A DNA stretch of 64,000 nt, taken from positions 15,190,001 to 15,254,000 of the forward strand of contig CM022675.1 of NCBI GenBank assembly GCA_012295275.1. The letters are read 5' to 3'. The stretch comes from Chrysomallon squamiferum (lineage: Eukaryota; Animalia; Mollusca). A program made the position numbers and the translations under genes. Of the stretch, positions 41,801-56,409 are shown in pieces (the stretch's first letter is position 1; the number at the start of each line of letters is the position of its first letter). The notes under the pieces are model-generated. The model was given only the letters and a program-made list of their open reading frames with translations, did no database searches and had not been told where the DNA came from.

Positions 41801-42501
41801 GAACAATTCCATTAAATTGGCCAACCTATCTATTAACTTAAAACCTTTCAATAACAAGATGAAATGATACTTTACTCATTTTAAAATTATTTCATATTTT
41901 ATTCATCAGTAATTTGACAAATCATTTAAAAAAAGCGAGTGTCAAATTGAAGTCCACAATTTGATTTGATACAGTTAAATAGTATCGTATTTCCTGTTAG
42001 TTCTGGTAACATTTTATATCAAATTCCTTGTCTGCAATGTCTATGAAAACATTTTATATTCAGTCAGCAGACAATATGTAAAGTTTTTAAATTTTATTTA
42101 CTTTTTATGAATGCTTTTCCAAGGAAAACATTTAGTTTCCTTTAAGGATGTAACTTTTTTTTTACATACTCATGTTTATTCCTGCTTTTTTAAGAACATA
42201 CCGTGAATACTTATGCCTTCCTGAATTGTCTAAAATATTTTTGATTTATCTCGTTTAACAGATCTACTGGCTTGGCCCAGTGGTAGGCGGCGCTTGCGGC
42301 AGTCTGATGTACGTGTTCGTGTTTTCCGTTCAGGCTGGAAAGGCCGGTTGTTCAGTTTGTGTTTCCAGCAGGAAATATGATGCAGTCAACATCGAGGAAG
42401 ACAAGAAGACTTTTGAAGAGATTTCAGAAAAAACAGAACTCGAAGAAGAATCTGCAAGAAAACGAAATTTGCTGTCCATGGATAGCGCTACAAAAGTGTG
42501 A
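38855..42501 (+). CDS. Aquaporin (MIP family, AQP4/AQP1-clade-like); coding exons 38855-39445, 41632-41712, 42262-42501 (~303 aa)
   Basis: Motifs FWRAVFAEFLG, GHVSGAHVNPAVS, GQCAGSISGA, EIITTF, SGGCMNPIRSLGPA and W|IYWLGPVVGG. Two phase-0 GT-AG introns flank an 81-nt exon, as in vertebrate AQP1/AQP4. C-terminus is -ATKV. Confidence 0.95.
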
Positions 42502-43133
42502 AGTAGAATTTGCTGTATTCATGATGTCAGAAGTCTAACAGAGACTAACTTACTAACAGTTACAGTTTTATATACGTGAATATTGTATTTGATTCTTCAC
42601 ACAGCATAAATATTATTTTAAACTTTTAATATGTTTTGTAAGAAATTAATCGTGTGTAAGTTCCTAATTTTATAAGCCTGTAAGCATTTGTGACAGCTTC
42701 GAAATGAAGCATTTCTTATGTTCAAAAATTAAAATAAAGATAACTGTCGGAATTAAAAACGTTAGATCAATATTGACAAGAAACTCGATAAATTGTAGCA
42801 TCTTTTATTAACTAGATTGTGTTTCTATATTTCCAAAACCTATATTTTAACCCATCATATTTGGTAATGCAAACTTTTCAAAAAAATTGATAATCATTGA
42901 TGTGAACCTGCAACACTACCGTATCCCACCAGAACAGAGACTGTATTAGATTTTAACTACAACATTATTCCTGAAATAAATTAATTTTTAGTTGCTAACT
43001 AATTAATGTTACTGAATTCGTCTCTAAGCCTCTTTTTTTATTATTCACTGTTACATAAAATTTGAGAGTCTGTACATCCACGAATTTATTATTACATTTT
43101 TCAAATTAATGTATTGTGTTGTTTTATCTAGAT

Positions 43134-43397
43134 CACTGGTTTTCAGCCTTTTTCATACCACGACCCCTTATAAACAACTCAATATGAGAGATAACCCATT
43201 TAAAATTTTTGTTTCAATAATATCTAGTCAGTACAAAAGGAATCTATATTCACTATGACTGGTCCCAAACCTATCTACATGTTTTTATTTATTCCTCCTT
43301 CCAAGTCAAGTTGAAAAATGCTAAAACATATCTCGCTCAAGAACGATCTCGTGACCCCCAGAAAAAAGACTGGCGACCCTCAGGTTGAAAACCTATG
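43134..43397. mobile_element. Non-autonomous hAT (Charlie-like) element / MITE, 264 bp
   Basis: Imperfect TIRs CACTGGTTTTCAGCCT (43134-43149) and AGGTTGAAAACCTATG (43382-43397). The 8-bp TSD is ATCTAGAT/ATCTAGAA, with the TCTAGA core preferred by Charlie elements. CGACCC subterminal motifs are present. Confidence 0.85.
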
Positions 43398-44369
43398 ATC
43401 TAGAACAAATGACTGAAATAATTATTAATAATGTTTAACATATTCAAGGAAGGTATATATTTCATACAATAATCCTTAGATTAGTTTAAATCAAGTGTAC
43501 ATTGTATTTGTATTTGATAAAAAAAGATGTCAACTAGTAACGAATAGATTTGAAGTATTTGTTAAATTACTTTTTATTTATTTATTTATTTATTTATTTT
43601 TATTTATTTATTTATTTACTTATACTTATATTTATATATATATTAATTAAATAAAATTTAAATAAATTTATTAAACTATAGAACATGTTAAATATTTTAT
43701 TAATAGGAAATATACGGCGTATCCTTTTGAACGTTCATATTAATGATTTTTCAACCATTTCTGTTATAAATATAAATAATTTCGAAAGTGTTTTGCAAAC
43801 AGTCCTTTCTGTATAAAAAATATTGATGTAAATACATATCTCGTATAAAATACCATTACTATGGAATTTCATATAAATTTCATTTAAACATATGTGAGAA
43901 AGTTGTAAATGAACTGTAGCATCTCATGTGAGTATAATAGGGTTTCGAAAATATTATACATTAATTCAAAATATCAGTAATAAAGATGACGATGATGATG
44001 ATGATGATGTCACAGTTAACAGTTTTATTTGTACACTAAAAATGGAATGCATTCAAATCAAAGGAAAGGTCCAGATGAAGTTGTATTTACTAATTTAGAT
44101 ATAAGTATAAACAGTGTCATAAAGTTTTCATTATTTACATTAAAACATTTTGTTGTTGTTGTTGCTTCATTAAATTAAAAGTTCTGTATTCACATATCAA
44201 ACTGTGCTATTGTTACAGTAAATCTGCTCTTACAGTGTCGTTCGTGTTACATACTAGTATTTGTTAATAAGACTTACCACTGAAGTTCGGCAGATATTAA
44301 ATTTTTTTTTTTTTTTTTAAAGTCAATACATGATAGTAATTTTAATCACCAATTGTATTATTATTATTA

Positions 44370-44432
<63 letters not shown>

Positions 44433-46429
44433 AACTGTTATAGTTTTGATATCCAAAAATATTTTTTTTTAAACTTCTTCCCCACGAATATATACCAAAA
44501 TCGCTAACTACTAAACTCTTAATAAATAATTTCTACATAACATCCTATGTTTCTACAGGAACCTGTCTAAAGTGTAACTCTTGTAATATAATATAAAAAC
44601 GCACTAACACACTAACAGAAAACAAATATCAGTAACGACTTGAAAGTAATAAAGTTCTTTTCTGCTTATAGCAGCTTATCACTGTTATTTAAGTAGCAGA
44701 CGAGGACCATAGTTCGCTGCTTTATGCCTACTGGCCTATAATTTTCTAGTAAATGAATACACATTCATACAACGGCTACATACATTCAGACATACATACA
44801 CCGAGACACACCTACATACATTCACGCATACATACACACATACATACAAACATAGATACATACATACATACATACACGCATACATGCATACATACATACA
44901 TACATACAAAATCTTACGTTACAGGATAAATAAATTAAATAAATACTAAAATATTACATCACAGAGAAGATGTTGCATTTTTTTTCGTTTCTTTTCAGAC
45001 AATAGAAGATACAAAATTACGTTTTCCATTTATATTTTCAAAATTTCTATCTGTTGATATAAAAAAAGTTCAGTTCAGATACAATAATAACATCAACAAC
45101 AACAACAGTAATAATTATTGTTATTGTTGTTGTTGAGAGAAAAATAGCAGCTGAATAAAGTGTGAAAAAAAAATGGTTGTAAATAAATAAATGTTTCAAT
45201 TATTTCCTACAGATTAAAAGAAAACCGTATTGTATTTACCTAAGTATAAAGCAAAGACACTTAATTGAATTTTATCTACCTGATTCCTATAACAAAATAA
45301 ATTAAGTTACCAGATATTACACTTTTCTAATTAGTTACATTTTCATTTATTGTTTTCAAGGATTATTAAATAGTTAGCATTAATGAATATTTCCTTTGTT
45401 TCATTCTGAAAACCTGCATCTGTGAACTGAGCCTCAGTAACAAACAGAAATAAGTTTAATATGAGAAAGGATGTAATCAGTTAATAGCAAAGTAATTTTA
45501 CACATATCTGTAGAGACATCAGTAAATACCACATACTTAAAAAAACTGGCTGGAGCGGGAAATAGCCTTCTAGCCACCTAAGATTTATTAATGCTGAGAT
45601 CCGTTGAATCTCAGATAAGCCATGACGTGATCCAAAGCTGTACTTTAAATCTAATACATCAGCTAACACTATGTCTTAAAAAATATTAGAATTAAATAAA
45701 ACAATTTTGTCATTGATTTACCCATTATTTCTTGTTTCCTTCATATTTACAACAGGATCAATCTGTCATTTTCTTCCTTTTTATGTCACAAGAACACAGA
45801 AAAACGTCATCCACAGATTTATGTTATTGAGATACTTTATTATTAACACACGTTGGTCCCTAGTGGAAAATATAACAGATTATGAACCACATAAAATAAA
45901 GTTTTAGTATTTGTAAGACAAGTATACAGAGATTTTTATTATATTGTTGCTAATGACATTTTATATAAACATTAATAATTTACAACTATCTATGTTTACG
46001 TATGTGCGTTCTCACACGGACTGTTCATCTCAAACCAATTACTTTCTTTTATAACATGTATATAGTTGTTCTTACAGTCAGCGTTGTTAATCTTAAGCAA
46101 ATAATTTACATCCGTTCTTAATCAGCTGAATAAAAACAATTTAGGAAAAAAAATAAAAAGTTAGAGTGATAAAAATATGCAGAGAAAAACAACCAGCTGT
46201 CACTTACAGAAATGATATACTTCACTCCAGGGAACTTCAGTGACATGGAAGGTGGAAAAGGCAATTTATGAAGAGAAATTAGTTGATCCATTTGCTACAA
46301 TTTCAGTATCTGTAGCAGACTTTACATTAGCAACAATGAAACAATCGCATCATACACACACAAACCGTCTATAATTTTAATCGCATGTTCGCCAGTATTG
46401 ATATTTCATTTATTCTCCATTTTCTAAAT

Positions 46430-46770
46430 CCCTCGCGTCACTCATCAACACGCCCACTATGACATAAAAACTAAACATCAAATACACGGGGTGTGACTTC
46501 TTCTTGTTGTTGGGGCAATAACAAAATGTTCAGCTCAAAACTGCAAAATCCTACTGATATTTCCGGTGAATGCTGCAGTCCTATTGGTCACAGTTTGAAT
46601 AGTACGGGATTTGGCCATATTATCAACCCACGCTCTCTGCAAGCCAACCCGATTTACCTATGTATAAAATTAGCAGATATTCTAAATTATGACAGCACCT
46701 GTTTATAAAACATCAGTTGTCTGAACAATAAGTCTGGTGCTACAGAACAACTACGCAATTTTCAGAACTG
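46430..46770 (+). promoter_or_regulatory. Putative pleurin promoter and non-coding first exon
   Basis: CRE half-site CGTCA ~46436, ATTGG boxes ~46583 and ~46610, TATAAAA at 46663-46669 and ~46704, an Inr-like TCAGTT ~46713 and a strong donor CTG|GTAAGT at 46771. The pleurin ATG is 17 nt after an acceptor, so an upstream exon is needed. The link is inferred. Confidence 0.45.
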
Positions 46771-49217
46771 GTAAGTACAGAAACTTTACACTGTTTTATA
46801 ACGAACTCGCAATTGTATTTTATATAATACAAAAAATCAGAAATAAAGCGGAAAATAATTAAATCAGCTGAAAGGAGAGATGAATAATATAAGAAAACAA
46901 AATTAATATAGGAACTGTTCAGAAAGTTACAAAAATTGTAATCAAACTGCATTAAAGTCTTTTAAATAAAAAATAATAAAAACATTACTTGAAAAACATA
47001 AACGTGCGAACATTGTTCATTAAACAAACGTTCATTTGTGAAACTGTAGATGATATTCTTATTAAGATGATTATTGCAATAAAAGTAATAATAAATGCTG
47101 TACAATGATTCTTCGTGTAAAGTTCGACTAGTGATATATATTTTTTACGCCCTGACTCAGATAATAAGAACCTGAAAATAGCGTCTGATACGATGGAAAT
47201 CGAAGAGGGAGCATGATATGAAATCAATATATAAACTAGAAATTCTTTATTAGCACATAAATCGCAGTGAAAATATAATTATCTTTGGTTTCACGCTAAA
47301 ATCTTTTAAACTGATTTCTCCGCAGTCTTCATTGGTTTCAAATATTTTTCGTTGCAGACTCTAGGTTTAATGGATAATAATGTTTTTTAATCTCTCGGAT
47401 TTATAATCTTCCCTTTTGATATATTAGAAATTTAAAAATATATAAATAAATAAAGGTCAGTAAAACATGAATACTTATTTAGTGAGAGGGAGATAAAAGT
47501 ACTTACACAAACTAATGTCGATAAACAGAATGACAAACTTGGTATTGTATTTAAAACTGTTATTTATTACTTTGAAACAAAACAAACATTTACATTTATT
47601 TCGATTTAATCATGCAGATACATATGATTTACTATGCCCCAATTTACAGGACTAACCTTATTTAGCTATGAACAAAAAACAAAAAAAATCTAGCGGAATC
47701 TTATGTCATTACAACGTTAAAACATTACATCCGTACAAGGTTATATTTAAAATGACAAGACTACTGCGTTGAATGAGACATCGCTTACAACACAATCATA
47801 CTCGCCGCAAAACGTAAAACATTTTTTATTATTTATCCTACTGACAAAAATTTGAAACATTAATTTTCTTGTGTGAATAAATATATTCCATTTCCAAATT
47901 TGTTAGTAATACATCTCAACCATTATACCATACATTATCGATGTACATTGTAACATTTTTGTTATATGACATTTAATGCTTTTACTGATAGTTTATGAGT
48001 GACAAAGAACTGCTGTGTAATAAAATACAGACACGTTGACTTCTCTTTCAATTTAATAAGTAATATGATTCAAACCTTTCTGAATTCACTTCCATCAGAC
48101 TTGTAATAGGAGAGTATAAGTTTACGTCACAACAGGCATCAGGACGATATGGCTGCCAACTGTCTGCCAAAGGAATATATACTGTTAAAACTGTCTACGT
48201 TTTTAACTGGTTCCGATGCAAATGTTGAATCACCGACGATGATTCTGTCAGTGTAGCAGCGGCTGTAGTTGTAGATGTTTTTATAGCTCTAGTAACTTTA
48301 GTAATAACTGTTACATGTATTTATTGCTTTATAAATGCTAAATTGAAGTGACGTTCCCTTAAATCTGACAAAAATAGCACATACTCAAACACACATACAT
48401 ACATACATACAGACACACACATACTTATAAACATAAACGCACACACAAACTCACAAACATATAAGAAATATTTGTTTGATACAGCTAACTGAAATGTTTG
48501 TTTCCAAGTTCGGACCGGTCATTAAAGGACCAACTGAAAGAATTCATAATAACATCATCCATACTGTAGAAGTGAGAATCCTAATTTATTTCTTATATCA
48601 ACATGAACTTCACTGAACTTCAGTAAAACCAGATCTTTGATAATTGTACGTGTAAAATTATGTAATTTAAAATAATCATTAAGTATTTTTAAATGTGGAT
48701 TGAATCCAGGAAGATAAAAATAACTCATAGCTGTTTGTTAAAGACTTACACTTTACACCAAAAAAAAATTAAAACATTTTCATTTTTAGTTCCATAATTT
48801 TACAAATACAATTATCTAAGATCTGGTTTCACTGAAAGTAAGCAGATGATTTGTACAGTCAAGAAGAATTGATAATTTACTTTATGTATTATTCAAAACC
48901 AAACTGACGATTTGCTCATAGTGAAAAACACTTGCAGGTTTTATGTTGCTTTACTACATTTTAAACCTTGTATTAACAATTATTTCATAGATACAAGTAT
49001 GGGCATGTTCATGTTCATTCAAACATATATAACACAAAAATACATAAGCACAAACGTAACGAAATCATTTGTTATCTTCATAGATATAAAAACATATAAA
49101 ACAATGTTAACCATTCCAAGTAACGTATCATCTGACCTTGCCAGCAGTATTTATATCAACAAACAATATTTCACCACAACACAAAAAGTTACATGCTTTA
49201 AAATATGTAAGTTATCC

Positions 49218-49222
<5 letters not shown>

Positions 49223-49309
<87 letters not shown>
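49223..49309. repeat. (AG)n microsatellite
   Basis: Directly visible. Confidence 0.95.
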
Positions 49310-49312
<3 letters not shown>

Positions 49313-50109
49313 GATTTACTTGCTTTTTTTTCAGTTTGTATAAAATTTCTGCCACTTCAGCCAAAGAGTCCCTATCTATGTAAGTGTATGCAAATTTATT
49401 TGTAAGGTAATTTTGAATTTAATTATTAGCCTTTCCATTGTTAAACGAAAAACCATTAGACGTTTAGGATAAATTTCAATACATAACCAAAATTGTAGAT
49501 TATACAAATATTTACCAAAAAATGACTCTATCTAGTACATAACGTGTAGATGCAAAATAACTATTTAAATATATCTTCTGTAAAAGAAAAGGTTTTTTTG
49601 TTTTTTTTAAATCAAACAGAATGACGCCACTGTTACATGATGAAAAAAATACTTAGACCTTTACTTTAATTTATACTCTACTTATTTGTCATCAGTGTAT
49701 GGCATGAGTAAAACAGTTTATCCAGCAAGTGTAATGGAAACAATATCAGTACATTTAATAACTAATTGACAAGCAAACGATATACATGATTCTTGTCAGG
49801 AAACATAAATTATCTTGGATTATCAAAACACTTTTTGTGAAATGCGAATCTTCCAGAAGGTAAAAGTTGGTTATTTATTGAAAAGTCAATACAAGGACAC
49901 ATTGATAACATGATGAAAATTGTATTAAAGCTGTTGTAGTTTTCAACAAGGTGCTTCAATGATCCATTGCTGCATTATTATGATAACATCACTCACTGGT
50001 ATGTTGGTGTCAGTATTATTTTAAATTATGTAGATGTGAATTTTATTAACAATTAATCTCCTGGGAAATATCCCACTTAGTTTACCCGAGATTCTAATAC
50101 TTAAATAGT

Positions 50110-50330
50110 ACATCATCTGATACTGAAATAATACTACATCTGATACTGAAAAATTAATAGATCTGACATTGAAAAATTAACATTATCTGATACTGAAATA
50201 TTAAATATTTGATACTGCAGTATTATAACATTAGATGTTACATCAAACATTCTGAAATATTATATCATTCATACTGAAATATTACATCATCTGAAAGTGA
50301 AATATTAATAGATTAAATACTGAAATATTA
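50110..50330. repeat. Degenerate ~24-bp minisatellite (ATCTGATACTGAAATATTA core)
   Basis: About 8 imperfect recurrences of the core. Confidence 0.7.
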
Positions 50331-51220
50331 CAACTTAAAATGCGCAATGTGATTCTATCCTATATAATCTTGGAATGTTACATCCAGCTGGTGTTGACGT
50401 CTTTTGAACATTCTACTGTGTTTCAGTAATCTCCTGCTCATTGTTTCAAGTCGTCAGCAGCATGCGATCTTATTTTTGATTATATCTTACAATCCACTTT
50501 TACTTATGTTCATAGTTTTTCTTACCTTTTTTCTTACTTTCTTTCATTCATAGCTTTATCTTTTTATTTCAATTTCATTCTTCTTCTTTTTTTTATTAAA
50601 TTACATTATTATTTTATTTTATAATTTTTTATTATTATTTTTTATTCATTTTTTTTTTTTTTCTTTTCAGTGCTTTTATTTATTTTATTTTATTTTATTT
50701 TATCTTATTTTATTTTATTTATTTATGTATTTATATTTTTATGTTTATTTTATTTTATTTTTTTTGTTTGTTTTTGTATGGGGAGGAGTGGGAAAGGAAA
50801 GTGTTTCTTCTTTTTAACATGTTTTTCCCTTTCTAAGTTTTTTCATTTATAGTTGTATTATTGTTATAAGCGCAGACATTAAGTGGTCTCCTGTGCAGTC
50901 CTGTGTTCAAACGCTGGACACGTTGTGACAGCAGACTGTGTTCAGGGAGACGGATCGTGTGAGGACAGTGTAACCGACACGTCTCACTGCGCAGGAAACT
51001 TAACACCTGGCTTCTCCATCAAACTCATTTCGTAATTTTACTCCTGAGATGTTTCGTTGTCGAGATATATCTAGTTGCCGCCTGTTAATATCATCTCCCA
51101 ATTTTATATGGCCTTTATTTTTCTTTTGCATATTTGAATTTAATGTGGCATGTTTTAAATTACAATTGCTTACTAGTACTTTTAATCGTTTATAAGCAAT
51201 TTCATAATGCAAACGGAAAA

Positions 51221-51259
<39 letters not shown>

Positions 51260-51695
51260 AAAATAAGATAATAAATAAATAAATAAGAAAATTTCAATAT
51301 CAAAGAGTAAAACTCTCAGGTAATCGAAACTGGATCCTGCCCCGGAGACTAACAGTTCATAAAATGTATGACAGATTGAAAAGGCGCTGTGACACTCAGG
51401 TCAAACAAAGTGACATTACAATATCGTTGAAAATTGCAACAATATTAATTATCTATAAAATGGCCCAAAAGTAACTTCAGTACATAAGAAACGTTCTAGT
51501 ATTTTAATAAAATTGCATAATTTATAAGGCTCGTGAAGAATCAGTTAATATAGATATTATAAATATTATTCACTGTTAATTATTTATTATATGTCTCCGT
51601 GTATCTTTCATCAAACAATGATGTCATACGTTAATCATTGATTTACTGATACGGCTTTCAATTTCGTATTATTATTATTTATTTATTTATATTAC

Positions 51696-51747
<52 letters not shown>

Positions 51748-53570
51748 TCCGGGGAAATATGAATTTATTCTTTTCTCTTTTTTAAATGACAAGAAAAATG
51801 AACAATGAAATGTTTTATTTAACGACTTATAAAGAGAAGAAAATACAATACTTTCATAAACATTTACTTTTCATGTTCGTCACTTACAGTACTAAGATGC
51901 AATATGATCAGTTAAATTAGCGAAAAAATAATTAAAAAAATTAATAATATAAAATAAATATATAAAACGTAGTTTAATGTAGTTTGTTCGGAGTTAAATC
52001 ACATGGATTATATATTAATTATAGAAATGCATACATATAGGCACACACACACACACACAGAGACAGAGAGCGAGAGATGCTAGTTTATCTTTATTTTTAT
52101 TTATTTATTTATTTGTTTGTTTGTTTGTTTTTAATAAATAGAACATATGTTTTTTATAAACACTCACATAAATGTACTTGTAATGACTTTTGACAGTATA
52201 TTTTCTAAATTGCAGAATTTTTATTGTATGACAGAAATGCTGTTTACTGATTGTCATGTTAAGACGTCTCTCTGACATGTGTGAGCTCAGATTATAGTCG
52301 TAATGTCCTTGTCTTTATCAACTGAATCAGTGGTTAAAGCGCGGACTGCAGCGTGAATCACTGGTTCTCTTCTAACGATACAGCAAACCACGATTTGTGT
52401 ATCAAGGTTTCATGGTTTCTGTTAATGTGAAGGTGCAGTTAAAAGATTTGTTTCATCTATTTAGAAGAAAGAATTGGGGCAACAAGTTTCCATTTTCATA
52501 TGATATTATGCACCTTGAAATTTTATAACAAATATCATTTCACCACACACTATTGTGTTTATTGCAATTATTAGACTGACTCGGCTGTATTAAACAAATC
52601 ACTTATGGAGTTAAACAGTTTAATTTTCCGATCCTTTTATTTCCATTTTCTGAATGATGTAAACTATCGTTATTTAATTTTATATCTTTTATGCATGGAA
52701 TTCTAAAAGCATATATTATATATCTGAATGTTAATTGTAACAGAATATACAGCAGCAATTGCAACGTCGTAAATTATTGTAAATGAGTTTGCAAGCTTAT
52801 ATTGTTATCCGAAAACAGTGATTTATACTGCATTAAACAGATACATAATAACAGAAATATTATTTTCAATAATTATGGTATATAAGATTTTATATTAATA
52901 ATAATAATAATAATAATAATGATGATGATGATGATGATGATGATGATAATGATAAAAATAATGAAAATAATAATAATAGTGTAAGATAGTTGTTATTTTT
53001 TGTTATTATTGTAGCTTTTATTTTGTCTTTTTTGTATCATACTTTATCGCATCATCATCATCATCATCATCATCGTTATTATTATTATTATATTACTTTA
53101 TGTTCACAGCATTCAACTTTTAGGATGCATTTTATCCAATTAATTGATTTGTGCCGTTATGAGAAATTCCGGTGGGATAGATGGATCATTTTATTTGAGA
53201 CAGATTTATCAAAAGTTTCAGAGCCTTCGAGAAATTAATATTGTTTTATATCAGTTCTGTTTTGCTCTGCTTAAAGTCATCAATATCGAAAAAAAAAAAT
53301 AATAATAAAATTAAAAAATGATATAGCGTTTTCAGTTTCTAATTATCTGAAGACAATGCCAGTGGAAGGTGAGAAGAGAAAGGACAATGTTTTTTTCTTT
53401 TTGTCATTTATAGATCTTTTGCCCGATACACATGTGGGAGACACAGATATCTTTCTGTTCTTCACCTTCATTTCTTCTTCTATTTCCACTCTAAGAACAC
53501 TGGGTTCTGGAACACAGTTTTTTATTTGCAGGCGAAAAAAAAATATAATAATGAAGATATGATAATATTG

Positions 53571-53573
<3 letters not shown>

Positions 53574-53656
<83 letters not shown>
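53574..53656. repeat. (CT)n microsatellite
   Basis: Directly visible. Confidence 0.95.
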
Positions 53657-53659
<3 letters not shown>

Positions 53660-55877
53660 CACACAAACACAGAATATTGCGTGTTCATTGTTAGTCAAAA
53701 ACTGACATTAAGTTTTTCATTAAGGCAAAATAAAAAAAGATACTTTTTAGTTCTAATTTGGATACTCCCACATTTCTTCTAGTGACGTCACATTAAGTGA
53801 ATACTAATAATAGTGATATGTTTGCGTGTGACAAGAGAACGCCACGTACCACATTAACTCTAATAAAGGAGCCATGATGCTGCGGCGAGCAAGCAGACGT
53901 TGTAGAATTTACTGATTGGTATAATGTCCTATTCGGCTTTTAATGTCCTGTCAAGCTTTCAAACAATAAGTCGTAAATTGTGCTTTGTTGAACACACTAA
54001 TATACATGAGACTATTTTTCACATGCTTAATTAACGATACTTTGTTAGATGGTTACTTGCAATTCCATCTAGTGTATAAATAAAATATTTATTATCACCA
54101 AAGGCCAAACGTATAAGCAATAAATATCTTTCTTCCTAAAAGCTAAAGGGTGAAACTTAAATATATTTATCATATTTGAGACATATATCATTAAAGCACT
54201 CATACATACATTTCATATCTGTAAGTATTAAAAAACAGAAGCATATCAAACAGCTGCATTCATACACACAAACACAAACATTCACAAATTCACGCACACA
54301 CATACACACATACAAACACACATATATAATTAAATCACTCACATGTGCACATTTTATACCATAAAAATAGAAAAAGCACTCCAGAAAACAAGTAGACATA
54401 CACACAGACACAACATACATTAACAACTCATAACCATAGTACAGTATAAATGTTAATTAAAAGATATGTTGTCACATACATCAAAGACGTGTAACATCAA
54501 TGTCACTGTCACATGTAACAGGAAATGTATCACGTTGTAATTTAACTGTTGGCCGCCATTAGTACGTTGTATGACGTTAATTCTCTTAACATTAAACGGC
54601 TCATCAGTTTCTGTAAATACTGTTATTTGACAGCTAGTGGTAGTGACAACAGATATCAGGTAACATTGGAAATGGCGATACACAAACAATAAACAGCACT
54701 GCGACTTGGCTAATAAGTTAATGACCCAATCAACCATCCGGAAATTACTATTCGGAAACAAAGGTATCACAACGCCACGTATTGTAAAACCTTAAACGGA
54801 AATTTGATGACTTGATTATTTGACCTTTTGTTCGTCCTTGATTTTCAGTTTCACTGTCTACACATAGACAGATACGTTTTTTTAGGGAGTGAGAACGTCT
54901 TTTATTAGTTTCTGGTAGGGGAGGTATTTATTTATTTATTTATTTAATTATTGTTTTTGGGGGGTTGTTGGATTTTGGGGGGTATTATTATTACTATTTA
55001 TTTCTCTCTGCATATTAAAACAATACTGATTTTTACTTCTTTTGACAACCAAAACTTTATGATAATTTATAACTTAAAATTAAAAGAACCTAAATTTATT
55101 TATTTATTTATTTATTTAAGGGGAGGGGAGAGGGAAGGGAAGGAGAAAACTAACTTTCAATAAGAGTAATTTACAAATAACAAAGTGATTTGATTGGTTT
55201 TATTTTAAATAGAACCTTAAATCCAAATTCTAGTTAACTAAGACTTGATAAAAGTCAACTGAACAGCAGAATACAAAGATCGGTATTTTAGCATGAAAAC
55301 AATTTGTGGAATGAGAAATTACGTCAACAAAACACAAATTTATTTTAATTACACTCTTCAATTTTCTTTTGTTTGTGAATTAACGACAAATATACCCTTT
55401 CTTATAAAGCTCACTGATTTTCATTTTTTCTTTTGTCAGTACAAATAAGTAAATACATTTCATTTTGATAAAAATTTGCATTACTCGTCAACACAGTTAA
55501 CTGATAGCAAGTTGCCAGAAACCGTGACAGAAGTCTTAAGAAGAACAAGCGATAATAACAATCACGGATGATGTTTTACTACGGCTCAGAGCCATTAACG
55601 TCTGATCTGATAAGCCTTTAAGACCATCAGTATCCACAAATAAAATATAGCAAGTAAAAAGGTCATTTAATTAATTACTTCTGATCTATAGCGGGGCTTG
55701 TGCGTGTAAGATAATTAATAAAATCCGTAGAGAAAATGAATGTATCGTTATTTAAATTGTTCTGATTAGAAAAAACCCAGTAAATATTTATACTGAGAAT
55801 AGAGTTTCAGAACGAATATACCTGCCCCAGCTCTTTGTTGTAAAACATATTCATCGAAGCGTCTGTATAGTTTATTT

Positions 55878-55996
<119 letters not shown>

Positions 55997-56409
55997 CCTT
56001 TACTGTTATCCTAAGACATAAATTAATTTTCAACAATAATAATATCAGTAAATATATCAGATGCAAGGATACTTTTTTATATGTGAAGCAAATAATGGAA
56101 TCAGAAATAATTCTGTAACCATGACAGTGTGTGTGTATTTGATTGTTATAAAACAATTGACATGTAATATTTAAATCCGAGTTCTCTGATTCCCTGTTCT
56201 AAATCATTCATAAACAGCACAGATATTCTGTGACAAACAAAATTTGGTCAAATTAAATATTAAAGCTATTTCACGTACTGAGATTTCTAAACTTATTTAT
56301 TTATTTATTTGCTTGTTTTATTTTATTTTATTGGGTTTCTTGATTTATGTTATTGTTATATTTTGTTTTTCAAAATTTATTTCTTTACACAGGACTGTGT
56401 CACAGAAAG

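Noticed and set aside
42499-42510. AQP4-style stop-codon readthrough
   Set aside because: The context is TGA-AGTA, not the TGA-CTAG readthrough motif.
52325-52375. tRNA A-box-like TCAGTGGTTAAAGCG
   Set aside because: No cloverleaf or clear B-box; at most an unrecognisable SINE relic.
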